The notes beneath the pieces are model-generated. The model saw nothing but the letters and a program-made list of their open reading frames with translations, did no database searches and was not told the DNA's origin. From Octopus sinensis (lineage: Eukaryota): DNA of 64,000 nucleotides. The stretch spans positions 54,870,001 to 54,934,000 of the forward strand of contig NC_043006.1 in assembly GCF_006345805.1 (NCBI RefSeq), given 5' to 3'. Both the position numbers and the translations under genes were made by a program. This document shows, one piece after another, positions 1 to 10,149 of this stretch; the first letter of the stretch is position 1; every line of letters starts with the position of its first letter.

Positions 1-1430
1 GGTGGTCTGGTATTTTTACATCTGCTATTTCATGAAACATTGGGAGATTTCATCTTTTTGAAAGTGGGTAGGTGATGGATGGGCGAAATGGAGGAAGGGG
101 CATTGGAGTGTTTTTTTAAGAAAAATTAAAGTTTAAAAAAAAATATTTCTCAAATTTGTAATCTGTATTTTCTACGTGGATAGAATAAAAAAAAATTTGA
201 AAAAAGTTAGAAATTAGGTAATTGCAATGGAGATGGGGGGAAGGGGGGAAACTAAAATTTTGAAAATGTGATTTCTGGGCAAAATCGTATTAACCCCCTT
301 TTATATGATGAAACAATACATAGTTTGTGATCCTTCTTAAGAAAAGAAAGCATTTTCATGCAGTCTGTACCCTACCCCCTTCACTTTTAAACAAACAATA
401 ACTTCCATTACGCCAGTAATCCTGTTCAATATATATCAGCTGTGCTGATTCTACCCCTAAGAAAGAAACAAATAATACAATGTCACTGTAGGTCATAACA
501 CCTGGGCAATGCCGGGGTGCATTGCTAGTTAGATCTATAAGAGTAAATTTCATATAATTGTATTAACAGCTTAGACTCAGTGATTTATAAAAAAAGCACC
601 TGGTCATTCAGACACTTATTTTTGAGTGCTGAAGAGGTCATAAGTTCTAGGTACAGCTGAGTGACACTGGATGGTGAGAGTGGCTTGAAATATTTATTTC
701 ATCACATGATCCAAACTGGCCGAGTATCAATCCAATACCAATAAGCCTTATCTAGAAGCTGTGACTGCCTCAACAATCAAAAGTAAATATCTGAATGATC
801 AGGCATGCTTTTTCTTGTATCTATAAAAACTTCAAATAATTCATTCAAGCTTAGCTGTTAGTATAAATAAACCCCATCACACATATTAAGTGCTTTTTCC
901 TTACATCCATACACCTACTGGCTAACATGCATACATACAAACACTTCAAACGCCCATAATTCTGCACCAACCTCCAAGATATTATTATAATAGCTTGATG
1001 CATACAAATATTCTCAATAAGTACAAAATTTCAGTTCTGTTGTTTTCTTCCCATAAAACCATTTGAAGTAGCAAGAATCATTCTGAACAGGTATTATAGG
1101 GTTACATCTCTTTCTTTAAAAAAAACAAAACCCTAAATAGCACCAGCAAACAAAATGTTTTCATATGGGCTATTTTAACTTCTCAGCTGTAAAGAGTACC
1201 AGACTGAGTACTGGAGTAACCCTCTCTCCTGCCATCTGTCACATCATAAATGTTTTGCCAAGTCAAGAGTGAAGGCTTGAGAGAGTGCCTGTGTCTGCTC
1301 ATTAAATACATATTAGCAAACCAATACATCTGTGAATGATGGTAGGCTGTATTGTAGCAGTGAAATCAAACACACAAACATGCACTAATACAGCAGACAA
1401 AATTCACCAATACAAAGACAAAATATGTAC

Positions 1431-1737
1431 CTCATTTATAAAGCCATAATGTACCAGTTCCTCAGCTAAAGTAGAAGCATTGTCCTCTTGAGAGATCTCA
1501 CACTGTAACTGTCGATTCATTTTGTCGTCCATACGTAGTAGAAGAGTTAAATTCAAGTTGCAATTCTCATCTGTCTTTCGCATCTGACATGCCATGTTAG
1601 TTACCATCCGTGTTTCAACATCCATAGGTTCTGGAGTCTCTGACTTGACAGACTCAGCTAGTTCAGGAGTAATGGCACGAGGACGTGAGGGCGGGGGGCG
1701 AGGTAATGCAAAGGCAGTTAATGGGTAAATTCCATTT
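1431..1737 (-). CDS. NRBP1: NRBP exon, 307 nt, phase 2-0: (R)NGIYPLTAFALPRPPPSRPRAITPELAESVKSETPEPMDVETRM...LAEELVHYGFINE
   Basis: Acceptor tttttgtttctag, donor GAG|gtacat; NGIYPLTAF, TPEP.VETR, LTLLLRMDDKMNRQL and LAEELVHYGFI all match NRBP1. Confidence 0.96.
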
Positions 1738-2124
1738 CTAGAAACAAAAATAAATAAACCACTTTATAGTTGCATGTATTTGGCAAGTGAAAATTTTTTA
1801 TTTAATTATAAAATTAAATATAACTTAGCAAAAATTTTAATTCAATAGACTTGAGCAAAAAGCAGATATCCCAACAAATATATTTGCTTTGTATATACAC
1901 AGCAAATGACATCAAGTTGGTATATATTCAAAACACATCATAACTAAAAAACATGGGGTGAATGGTAGAAATAAAGAATACATTAAACAATGTGTCCTCC
2001 CTTCTTTAAGATATACAATAGCTGAAAAAGAAAAAGAAAAAAATCCTCAAAAGACATACCAAAATTGATAGACAGAGACTAGATTTTTTTCAACTAATCA
2101 TAAAACAATACAATTTCAACTTAC

Positions 2125-2175
2125 CGGACATCTTCTAAAAATTTTTCTAATTCAATTGAGCCGACTTGACTAAAT
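2125..2175 (-). CDS. NRBP1: NRBP exon, 51 nt, phase 2-2: (K)FSQVGSIELEKFLEDV(R)
   Basis: Acceptor tttcaatttcag, donor CG|gtaagt; ELEKFLEDVR motif. Confidence 0.95.
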
Positions 2176-2358
2176 CTGAAATTGAAAAAAGAAAAAAAAC
2201 ATTAAAGTTTAAAGTAGGATCAAAGTACTCTTTTAGACATTCAAGACTAAAACAGTAAAACAAGAAACAAAATGTTTGATGAAAGATACCTTAATCTCTA
2301 AACTGGAGAATGAACTGAAACAATAATTTCTCTTATAATCTACATACACACACACACA

Positions 2359-2827
2359 CACCCATAACATAGTTTTTTACTGTCACATTGCCTTCTGTGC
2401 ATGTGTGCTTTATAGTTGGTATTATTGTGGTCACATGATCGAAGTTTGAGCCTGATCATGCCTTTTTTCTTTCTGGCTTTACAGTGTAAGCATGGCCACA
2501 TCACTAGCAATGTGCACCAAAGAAGAACAAAGAGCAGTGACCCAAGAGATGGTAATCGTGCTAAAAGCCTCCAATGAATTCCAGCACCTGACACACCTTT
2601 CGACCAGAGAAATCGGACCACTGCACTTTGTTCTACTTTGGTGCACATTACTAGTGGAGCAGCCATGCTTACACTGTAAAGCCAGAAAGAAAATGGTGCA
2701 ATGAGGCTCAAACTTCGATCATGTGACCACAATAGTACCAACTATAAGCACGCATGCACAAAAGACAGCCTGACAATAATGAAGTCATGCTATGGTGAAA
2801 GTGCAGATAATTTTTGACTCCCCCTCA
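2359..2827 (-). mobile_element. Mariner-derived palindromic non-autonomous element
   Basis: Right terminus reads TA|TGAGGGGGAGTCAAAAATTATC on the minus strand (mariner-type TIR plus TA). The minus strand encodes a transposase N-terminus, MAAPLVMCTKVEQSAVVRFLWSKGVSGAGIHWRLL. Arms ~2362-2539 and ~2619-2796 are inverted copies; the left TIR is lost at a CA microsatellite. Confidence 0.85.
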
Positions 2828-2839
2828 TATATATATATT

Positions 2840-3022
2840 TGCCATGGATAGATTGCTAGCCACTACACATCCTTTATTTTCTCTCCTTGTTTCTTTCTGT
2901 AGAAGAGCGTAGGCTCGAAACGTAAAAGACTTTTTCACTTCCTGAGCGTTATTCTAATACATCTGTTTGTTGTCTACACCACCTGTCTTCGTCTTTTGTT
3001 TTTTTCGTAAATTCTCCCCCCC
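2840..3022 (+). mobile_element. Penelope-like element terminal repeat fragment (copy 1) with hammerhead-like motif
   Basis: GAAGAGCGTAGGCTCGAAACGT motif typical of Penelope termini; near-identical to 63908-64000; flanked by TA microsatellites. Confidence 0.7.
2892..2929 (+). ncRNA. Minimal type I hammerhead-ribozyme-like motif (A6U variant)
   Basis: UCUUU-CUGUAGA-A-GAGC(GUAG)GCUC-GAAACGU-A-AAAGA: 5-bp helix I, 4-bp helix II, ACGU palindrome in place of helix III. Confidence 0.55.
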
Positions 3023-3635
3023 TATATATATACATACACACACTTTTAAAGTCCACTTCTCCATGCTTGCATGGATTGGACAGAATTTGCTGAAGTAGAT
3101 TTTCTATAGCCTGATGCTCTTCCTGTCAACAACCATCATCTATTTGAAGTAAGTTAATATTTCCCCATGGCCAGACATCTTTTCGTGGAAGATTGGAAAT
3201 GAAGGACATTGCCTGCATGATGGTGAGACTCATTTACAACTAGCACATGATGCCAAGGCAAAGAGACAGTAACACAAGCTGGGTGTGTGCTTATGCATGC
3301 ATCTCCACGTCTTACCACTGATGTCATTCGGCCAATGCTGACAAAATCAATGTCCCACATAAACAAATAGTCCAGCAGTTTGGCAGTTTCTGTGAAGACA
3401 CAGAATAAAGTTGCATACTTGAAAATAAGAGATGACACCAGGGAGCTGTAGAATACCAAGTTTTGTCCAACCAATACCAGCGTGGGAAAAAGAGTTAAAG
3501 ATGACAAATGATGATATAATGCACCAGATTAGCCTATCTTTGTGTGTAACATTTCTAGTTTAGCTCTACCTCAGCCAAATGGTTGGTGTCTCAGAGAAAA
3601 ATATTAATTAATCTGTCTGTGCCAGTCTTACTTAC

Positions 3636-3666
3636 CATAGTAACAAACAGGCGTTGATTAAATAGT
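3636..3666 (-). other. Candidate 31-nt frameshifting cassette (poison) exon in an NRBP intron
   Basis: ttctctcattttcttttgggttcag|ACTATTTAATCAACGCCTGTTTGTTACTATG|gtaagtaag; supported by splice signals only. Confidence 0.4.
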
Positions 3667-4501
3667 CTGAACCCAAAAGAAAATGAGAGAATAGATTCTG
3701 ACTGAAGTAACCTTCTCTTATTGACAATTCCATTAACAATGACATAACACAAGCAGATATTGTTGTCATTAATATATGAAACGTGCGTTTTGTTGTAAGA
3801 TAAAAATTCTAAGGGAGATAACTATGTGATTGATTCTACTTCATACTGCAACTGATTACTGTATATCGCTGATACATATTTTATCTACCACCAGAAAAAG
3901 GACGGTTAAAGTTAACTCAAACAGATTTGGAAATCAAAAGTGAGTGGCTGCATTTAGAAAGTTTCTTAGGCCAACTTCATTACTCTAAATAACTTTTCAT
4001 TAGTACAAGACCATAAATTTGACGGGAGAGGAAGAGTTAATTGATTTGCCCTTAATGCATAATTGGTATTTATATTACCAATCCTAGAGTAAATAAATAG
4101 GCCTCAGTGTGATTTCGTTAAATATAATGATTTCTAGCAGGTTCAATGTCACAAATTTTGGAGGATAGTGCAGTTAATTACACTGATCTAGGAGAAAAGA
4201 ATGGCAAAGTTAGTTGTGGCAGGATTTGAACTCAGAATGAAACTAATTACTCCAAAGTACTTTCTGAAGCCCTACACTGACTCTAGCAATGCTTTGACCT
4301 TCATTGGATAATAACAACATGGTTAGAAAACTGACATTTTTAAGGATTAAAAATATGTATACAAGCATTACAATTCCATGACAAGATATATACTGAGTTT
4401 TATTAGTTTGTTACAAACAAAACATGTTATATTCATATAATTAAACAAGCAGTACTCTTTGCTTGTAGTGTAATTTGACACCTTCCTTCTAGGCATGGCT
4501 A

Positions 4502-5011
4502 GGTAAATATATATTGTAAAGGACCTGTTTGTACTTCGGTATGAAATAATTTTTTTCCACGAATTTTTTTCAAGTGCATTCAATGTATCTGATCTCCAAA
4601 CCTGCTGCAAGTCACTTTTTCCAGAAAAGGAGGAGGAGGAGGGGACCTCAGAGCTTCCCACCAATGGAGTTTTGTTTCATGGGTTTTTGTTTTTCTTTTC
4701 CAGGTTATTTCACATACTTTCAACAAATGTGACATCGAAATCATGCGTAAATTGCTCCTTTCCCCAGGAAAGGAAAGATTTAACTGCTATTTCTAGCATA
4801 CCCTACTACCACGTAACAGCTATTTGTGATAAAGGACCTGCAAAATTTTGCTGTGAAATAATTTTTTGACCCCACCCCACATCTTTTCTGGAAAAAAAAA
4901 GTGCCTTGTGGCGGGTTTGGAGGTCATATGTTGAATGCACTTGAAAAAAAACCCGTGGGAAAAAATTATTTCACATTGAGGTACGAACAGGTCCATTACG
5001 AAATATTTACC
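4502..5011. mobile_element. MITE with ~130-bp terminal inverted repeats, GGTAA termini and degenerate 8-bp TSD (Merlin-like)
   Basis: 4502-~4630 is the imperfect reverse complement of ~4884-5011; flanks are CATGGCTA (4494-4501) and CATGATTA (5012-5019), 6/8 identical. Confidence 0.7.
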
Positions 5012-5017
5012 CATGAT

Positions 5018-5270
5018 TATTTACTGATACACAAATACACAGGTACAGAAGAGTGTAAAGAATGAAAATAGCTGTAATAATTCTTTTGGTACAAGAAATC
5101 ATTACAACATGGTTATTTACTGATACACTGGCACAGCATTTTTGTCTGACCCTTCAGCCTTTTTAACATTTTGTTTATGTCTTGGTGTAGACAGATACAC
5201 CGGTACAGAAGATTGTAAACAATGAAAGTAGCTGTAATATTTTTTTGGTACCAGACATCATTACAAAAGT
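5018..5270. repeat. Diverged local direct duplication (~75-bp unit)
   Basis: ggtacagaagagtgtaaagaatgaaaatagctgtaata... near 5042 recurs as ggtacagaagattgtaaacaatgaaagtagctgtaata... near 5202. Confidence 0.8.
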
Positions 5271-5520
5271 AAACACTAGACAGAATGAAGAGAGAATAAT
5301 ATAAAATGTTTGGTTAAATGAAAGAAGCATGGACTTCAGAACTATCATAGAAGAGAATGTGTCATAGTGAACACTCGTGTTTTGTCGAAGCATGTAAGTG
5401 GAATATTGAACTGGGTTATATTCTTAGTTTAGCCATGCAACTGAGACTGGTACATTGATCTAACACAGAAGGCAAGATTCATAAATTCATAGTATACATG
5501 GGATATAGTAGCATTTAGCG

Positions 5521-5695
5521 AAGTCATGTGGCTTAGTGGTTAGAGTATTTGGCTCGCAATCACAAGGGTGCAAGTTCAAAACCTGGTGGGAGCAAGACAC
5601 TTTCTTTCACTCAGCTAGCAAAAATGAGTTGTACCTGCAATTCAAAAGGGCCAGCCTTGTGACATTCTGTGTCACACTGAATCTCCCTGAGAACT
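5521..5695 (+). mobile_element. tRNA-headed SINE, family E (GAGCAAGACACTT core)
   Basis: A-box-like GTGGCTTAGTGG, B-box-like AGTTCAAA; related copies ~32545-32700 (-), ~42270-42500 (-), ~60995-61200 (+). Confidence 0.65.
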
Positions 5696-5696
5696 T

Positions 5697-5903
5697 ATTT
5701 CTTATTTCTTTACTGCCCACAAGAGGCTACACACAGAGGGGACAAACAAGGACAGACAAACAGATTAAGTTGATTATATCGACCCCGAAAGGATGAAAGG
5801 CAAAGTCGACCTCGGCAGAATTTGAACTCAGAATGTAAAGGCAGACGAAATACCGCTAAGTATTACACCTGGTGTGCTAATGTTTCTGCCAGCTCGCCGC
5901 CTT
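5697..5903 (-). mobile_element. tRNA-derived SINE, family A
   Basis: Head AAGGCGGCGAGCTGGCAGAA, B-box GAGTTCAAATTC, core GCCTTTCATCCTTTCGGGGTCGATA; has an internal deletion. Confidence 0.9.
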
Positions 5904-5936
5904 TAGGAAAGATACTGTCCAACCCATGCCAGCATG

Positions 5937-6162
5937 AAGGTGCTGAGCTGGCAGAAACGTTAAAAGCTTAGCGGTGTTTCGTCTGCCGTTACGTTCTGAG
6001 TTCAAATTCCACTGAGGTCGATTTTGCCTTTCATCCTTTCAGGGTTGATAAATTAAGTACCAGTTATGCACTGGGGTTGATGTAATCGACTTAATCCCTT
6101 TGTCTGTCCTTGTTTGTCCCCTCTATGTTTAGCTCCTTGTGGGCAATTAAGAAATAAGAAAT
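5937..6162 (+). mobile_element. tRNA-derived SINE, family A (inverted partner of 5697-5903)
   Basis: Same head, core and AAGAAATAAGAA tail, opposite orientation. Confidence 0.9.
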
Positions 6163-6506
6163 ATGTTAATTTCATGATCTGGCTGGCCTGTTGACAGGAT
6201 CAACTGCAACACTTGCCATCATAACTGACTGTGTGCTAAGTTATAGTAACATTCATACTTTTTACGAAATACATCAATGGTGTCTGAAATAGGGTTGTGG
6301 ATTTAGTTGACTGGAAACTAACAACTCCCAACTTACATTCGGAACCAACATCTACTGGGACCTAACAGTTACTAACAGCTAATGTCTACAAAGAACTAAC
6401 ATATTTGAATATGAAAATCATTTGATAAACAAAATTCAAATGTAAGACTGGGCAGAGACTCTCCTCTAAAATTATAAAAAAATTTTCTCTTTTCTATTTC
6501 ACTTAC

Positions 6507-6612
6507 TTCCACTGCATAAAACCATGTTCTTTGAAGTTAATCTCTGCAATCACCTTGGAGGGATCAGTTTTTGGTAAATATGCTTCTTCTGCCATATTGC
6601 CTGGGAGAATAT
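6507..6612 (-). CDS. NRBP1: NRBP exon, 106 nt, phase 1-2: (Y)ILPGNMAEEAYLPKTDPSKVIAEINFKEHGFMQW(K)
   Basis: Acceptor tcttttccag, donor AA|gtaagt; phases fit both neighbours; aligns to NRBP1 MIPENALEE...DTSAVLAEI. Confidence 0.92.
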
Positions 6613-7144
6613 CTGGAAAAGAATACATATAAGAAATTATTGAAATGTTTGATATGAAGATTTCAAAAATTCTCTTTGTATACACGCCAACTATAAATCT
6701 ACTTAGTAGTAGAGCACTAATGTAGAGATGGTAACTATGATATTGTTTGTTAACATGAGACATGAGTATAGAGAAAGAGTGACCGTCATAGTGAGTAATA
6801 AGAGGCAATGGTATATAGAGATACAGGTATAGTAATATCCAGTAATATGAAAGACTGCTATGTAGCAGCAGAGCTATATCTTTCAAAAGTAAAGTGGAAA
6901 CAAGAACGGAAACAATTAAAACAAGTTTCTACATAGATTGGTCCCTTGTGATGGAAGTTTTACTTCTCACGGTGATGGATACAAACAGTGACTCTCAGTA
7001 TACTAAAGTAGCACAATCTGGCATGATGTCACTGGATCCCTTTCCTGCTAACTCTGTTACAAATAAATCTATCAAAATAACAATTAACCTTTATATTTAT
7101 TACTGTTGCTGTTGTAAAAACAAGGGGGAAAAAAAGTTGCTTAC

Positions 7145-7277
7145 ATGAATTTTTTACAAAGCAGTTTCCAGCTAGCAGTTTTAAGGAGTGTACTTCAAAC
7201 AGTACAGCATGAAAAAGCAGTTCACGGGATCCTGGCCTTTTCTGAGGATCTCGTTCAATACAACGTCTGATGAAATC
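7145..7277 (-). CDS. NRBP1: NRBP exon, 133 nt, phase 0-1: DFIRRCIERDPQKRPGSRELLFHAVLFEVHSLKLLAGNCFVKNS
   Basis: Acceptor tgtttcag, donor T|gtaagc; subdomain XI RP motif and BC-box-like SLKLLAGNC. Confidence 0.96.
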
Positions 7278-8734
7278 CTGAAACAATACAAAATTATAAA
7301 TTGCTTTACTTATGTTTGCAGAAGGTCAGCAAAATGTTTAGAAATGAGTTGAGTTCAAAGTTGAAATAAAATACAGAAAATAAAGTGAAAATATGTTATA
7401 TAAAATAAAACTTTATTTACAAGTCCAAATGATTAAGTAAAAAGATCAAAATTTACCTCTCTAATGGGAAGTCAATTTTGTCCTTTTAGGATTGATAAAA
7501 AAAAACCCAATTGAGGGCAATGGATTAGTGGAACTGTTAAGGGTCAGGTGAGATGGGCTGCAGTATTAACCATGGTGCTTTGTGTTTTGACAGTAATAGT
7601 TGCATAGACCAAAGACCAAGTCATTGGCCTTTCCTTTGGATAAACATTGGTGGATAGAAGAATTTAGTTGATCATATCAACCCCAGTACCTCTTTTTCTA
7701 AGCTGGGTATTTATTTTACCAGCCTCCTTTTGCCAAACAGCTAAGTTGCAGGGACATAAACAAACCAACAGTTCAGTTTCTGTTTACCAAATCCTCTCAT
7801 AAGGCTTTGGTTGGCTGGGGCTATAGTAGAAGATATTTGCCCAACGTACCATGCAGTGGGACTGAAACTGGAATCACGTAGCTGGGAAGGAACCACAACT
7901 GGACTTCACTAAATGTGCTAAAGATCAAGATATATGCCCAAAGGCTGAAAAACTGATTTAGCAAGACACTTGAAGCAATGTGGTTTTATGGTCAGGAATG
8001 CCAAATATAATATTAGAGCTTGACACAGCCCTGCAGCTCGCTGGTTCTTTGTCAAACAGTCTTACCTAAGCCAGCATGGAAGACAGGATATTAAATAATG
8101 CATGATGAATGACGATGGATGATATTGGAAATTAATCACGTTCAAGCAAGATGAATAAATTTGAAGGTTGTGCATGTACACACACAGACTCATGTACCTA
8201 GGTATGCCTCTCTAAAAAAAAGTTCACCCAAATACAATTAAAATTCCAAATAGTGAATCACAAAACAACCTTTTAGCATTTAAACTGGCTATATCTGGCT
8301 CAAATATTCTACTTCTTTTACAATCAAACCAACCAGATTTGGCTTTTCCCACCTACCCTATAATATCATTTTAAAAATAAGCAATCCTATCATTCATTAG
8401 CTATGAAATATGTAATTCAAAGTAACATGAATAAATGAGCATTACATCTGATAGGGTAATCTGAATGCCAAGGGATTAATGCTGCAAAGCAGCATCTCTC
8501 CAGGCTCTCTATATTAGCTATGCCATCATCTTCAACCAAAACTCGAATAGCAATAAACAGATCCAGCCATAGAAAACCACGTGAAATCAAACTGGAGTCT
8601 GGTGCAGCCTTCCAGTGTGCCAGCTGGTCAAACCATCCAACCCAAGCCAGCATGGACAACGGATGTTAGATGATGATGATGATGATGAATAAGTAACCCA
8701 TCCACACTCTTGGTAGAAATTCATTGTTACTTAC

Positions 8735-8830
8735 CCTTTGTAAGGAGTCTTCTAAAGATTCTAATGTACATTTTATTGCTTCTGGTGTCACATTGGCTTC
8801 ACCATTTCCTTGGATTTCTAGAGCTGCCAT
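8735..8830 (-). CDS. NRBP1: NRBP exon, 96 nt, phase 0-0: MAALEIQGNGEANVTPEAIKCTLESLEDSLQR
   Basis: Acceptor gtttgaacag, donor AGG|gtaagt; matches NRBP1 MAVLEIQGNGE...LEDPLQR. Confidence 0.95.
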
Positions 8831-9920
8831 CTGTTCAAACAGTAACAGGGGAACAATAATTAATTATTTAATTATAAAGGCACAAGTAATACATAAAAAT
8901 ATAATAAATTTAAAACTAAACAGTATTATACAGATCTAATTAAATAATTAATTATTCACATTTATAGTGGCACAGTGGTGTTAATACAATGAAGTATTTG
9001 ATCACAAGGTCAAGAATTCAAGCTTTGTTACAAGTATTTTGTTAGCACCACTTAAAGGGCAAGAGTAGCAAGGAAATAAAAATAGCCACCAAATATTCCC
9101 CTATGGTTGATTGGTTAGATTATTTAGCTAGATAATCAACTGTAAAAAAGTCTGATACCACAAAATGCAAATATAAAAAAAAAAGCCTACGGTGTGCCAA
9201 TCTTAAAGAAAAAAATATAATAATAAAGAAGTGTAACAATAAAAAAGAAAAAACAGGAAGATCAATAAGTAAATATGTATCCAGAAAGCTGGTTTTCATG
9301 ACTCATGTAGGAATAACTAGCACCAAACAAGTGGAATCGACAGTTTAAAAAAGGTGTATGGAAGTAGATACAAGCAGGTTGGGCCTCTTAAATAGCTACA
9401 AAGGTATGGTACTATTGAAAAGTAATGCAAATTAATTTATGCTCCTTTACACATTGAAGCAATACAGTGATTTCCAATACACACCTATTATATATATATG
9501 GATAATTTGTAATGTGATGTAAGGTATGCTTTTCTTTAAGTAAACAGAATTTTAGTCTCGCTGGGAATAGGAAACAAAAGGGCCACACAACAAGTTTTAT
9601 ATCCCCATGGGTAGAAATTATGAAATTGATTTGACTAGTTTCTATCCTTCTTAAAGTCATCAGAGAAGGTATATTCATCATTTGGTCATGAATATATGAA
9701 CAAGGATTTAGCTGAACTGATAAACAGATAAGCTACTAATCATTCTATGGATTGTTATTCATTCTCTGATGAAGTTCTAAGATATGGAAACTAGTCAGAT
9801 TTTGTTTACTTTCCATAGTGAGGCTAAAATTTTGTGCATAACAGGTAAACCTTCAAATCATATTTTAAATTTTTGAGAGAAAAACAAATGCTGTTTAATA
9901 TACCATGATCATTTGTTTGT

Positions 9921-10149
9921 TTAGTCCTTTAGCATTCACATTATTCGGTCAAAAGTAAAGCTTGTTTATTCACATGATTTTAATTAATCTTGCATTGTCT
10001 TGTAGCTTTGAGATTTTGATGAAATACCCCTTTCTTTTTTAGAATGATATTGTAGGGTTGGTGTGAGAAACCAGATCTAGCCAGTTAGAACATAAAAACA
10101 GGGAGAATATTTTGGCTGGATATGGCTGGTTTAAATGCTGAAGGGTTAA
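9921..10149. mobile_element. TTAA-flanked MITE family 1 (piggyBac-like ends CCTTTAGCATT...AATGCTAAAGGG)
   Basis: Short TIRs next to TTAA-like sites; homologous copies at ~25576-25759, ~40515-40735, ~49357-49584, ~53160-53331, ~58066-58296. Confidence 0.75.

Noticed and set aside
356-553. Minus-strand ORF as the NRBP terminal exon
   Set aside because: No similarity to the expected tail. Its plausible acceptors give an immediate stop in the required phase 0 (ATC TAA; GGG TAG).
2290-2314. 25-nt cassette exon candidate (tttcag|...AAG|gtatct)
   Set aside because: Weak donor, frameshifting, no other support.
2492-2704. Plus-strand 70-aa ORF starting MATSLAMCTKEEQRAV
   Set aside because: It is the inverted arm of the mariner palindrome, not an independent gene.
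3154-3507. 117-aa minus-strand ORF
   Set aside because: Partly overlaps a family C repeat, has no recognisable domain and lies in an NRBP intron without fitting splice sites.
5521-6010. tRNA-like A/B boxes as tRNA genes
   Set aside because: These are SINE heads followed by repeat cores; no complete cloverleaf.
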